DNA of 63,588 bases, the filler included, from Bigelowiella natans CCMP2755 (lineage: Eukaryota > Protista > Cercozoa), in the NCBI GenBank assembly GCA_000320545.1. It is 5 parts of 5 records of this genome, joined end to end, with 100 filler letters (N's around TTAATTAATTAA, not from the genome) between each part and the next. Parts side by side here need not be neighbours in the genome. Positions count along the whole stretch, not along the records: positions 59,515 to 62,389 come from ADNK01001041.1; positions 62,490 to 63,588 come from ADNK01001641.1; 3 more parts are not named here. The stretch is one strand, 5' to 3'. The translations under genes and the position numbers were made by a program. The notes below the pieces were generated by a model that made no database searches, was not told the DNA's origin, and worked only from the letters and a program-made list of their open reading frames with translations. This document shows positions 62,389 through 63,588 of the stretch, one piece after another. Every line of letters starts with the position of its first letter. The stretch's first letter is position 1.

Positions 62389-63588
62389 ANNNNNNNNNNN
62401 NNNNNNNNNNNNNNNNNNNNNNNNNNNNNNNNNTTAATTAATTAANNNNNNNNNNNNNNNNNNNNNNNNNNNNNNNNNNNNNNNNNNNNCCCTCGAAGAA
62501 GTCATCTGCCACTTCCTGACGATTCGTTTGATACTACGGACATATATGCTGATGAAGCGATACTGATGACGATAATGATGATGATGATGATGACGATGGG
62601 GATGATAATGGCGATCTTGATGATGCTGATGATGATAGTGAGGATGATGAGGATAATTTTTATTATTATTGCTATTGCTATGTGACCGGAGCAGATTCCA
62701 AAAGAGAGTCGGTGTCTGGTTTTGGGCGCCTAAGCTGGAAACGAAGAGCGTATGTGTGATGAGTGATTGATCGATTGATCATTGGATTGATAGAGGTATG
62801 GATAATGTTCCGCATCTGGTAGAGTGCAGTGAGAAAAGCCCCTTTTATATAAGCTTTACATCGTATAAAATGCGGATCTTTATTCTTAGTCTAAGGGGAG
62901 GTCTTTCAAAGCTGGGTTGACTTTGCCCCCCTCCCCCCCCCCCCCCCTCTTAACCCCAAAAAAAAAACTCGGTTGTTTGCCGCCGTTGTTTTTGTTTTTT
63001 TGTTTTTTTTGGTGACTACCAGGTACCGGTATATTGACGTGCTGCAGAACGTATGCGCTATCGGTAGCAACAACGAGCCCTTGTAGACAGAAAGACCTCA
63101 TCGTGTTGTGTAGTTTCCTGGCAGTGCCAGCAAGGCTTTTATTTACTTTACTTGCTACCGAACCTCTCCCGCAGGGGGGGGACGGATGGTCAGGCTGCTT
63201 TTACCTCGCGGAAATCCATACAGAATTGCCGTCGCTTATTCTGATAACGATGCTGACAGCAGGTGCGTGTAGATCATAATACACAAGGAAGTACTCGTGG
63301 TTTGGGTGTGAGCTCCGTGTACCGCCTTCACCCAACAATAACAACAGAAACAACAATGACAGAGTGGGATGATGATGATGATGATGGTGGTGGTGATGAT
63401 GATGACGATGATGATGATGATGACGATGATGATGATGATGACGATGATGATGATGATGATGATGATGTGGTGATGAGGATGGTGATGATGATGGTGATGA
63501 TGATGATGGTGATGGTGATGAAGCACAACCGTATGCATTCACGCGTACGACACCTGTAGTTGTTGATTGAACGATAACAATGCTTTGA
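62039..63588 (-). CDS. 3' end of a gene with a possible Vps39/Vam6-type C-terminal zinc-finger-like segment
   Basis: Last exon GTLSPEAIYVYTDGRVAHRSCF followed by a coiled tail. Upstream exons are fragmentary and interrupted by a gap. Confidence 0.35.
62390..62489. other. Assembly gap
   Basis: N pad with TTAATTAATTAA linker. Confidence 0.98.
63368..63520 (+). repeat. (GAT)n microsatellite; (GA)n, (CA)n and (TA)n tracts occur in introns throughout the window
   Basis: Direct inspection. Confidence 0.9.

Noticed and set aside
27372-62489. Identical TTAATTAATTAA motifs inside four N blocks
   Set aside because: Artificial all-frame-stop scaffold linker, not biology.
63201-63559. Poly-His/Asp/Ile/Ser ORFs
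   Set aside because: Translations of a (GAT)n microsatellite.

Overview
Gene-dense, intron-rich eukaryotic (protist-like) nuclear DNA with many microsatellites and four 100-nt scaffold gaps; the taxon cannot be fixed from sequence alone. About 16 host genes are recognisable, including a VOC/glyoxalase, a PH-domain protein, a multi-module rhodanese/pseudo-DSP protein, HPRT, RPA1, a rolling-stone-like membrane protein, Mpv17/PMP22, a cupin, CTDSPL2-like, UFD1 and eIF3f. A young, intact Ty3/Gypsy LTR retrotransposon (19016-24731) carries what looks like a degenerate Dam/DIRS-type adenine-methyltransferase domain on the end of its integrase. The most striking unexplained signal is compositional. 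Some non-genic DNA is almost stripped of TpA, and a decayed ORF there shows Cys/His where Tyr would be expected, consistent with TpA->TpG/CpA (A-to-G) hypermutation. Separately, islands of CTAG/AGCTCTAGAGCT palindromes sit downstream of gene 3' ends. Together these suggest a RIP-like, adenine-directed genome-editing or defence system. Gene models were spliced by eye and all counts are hand counts.
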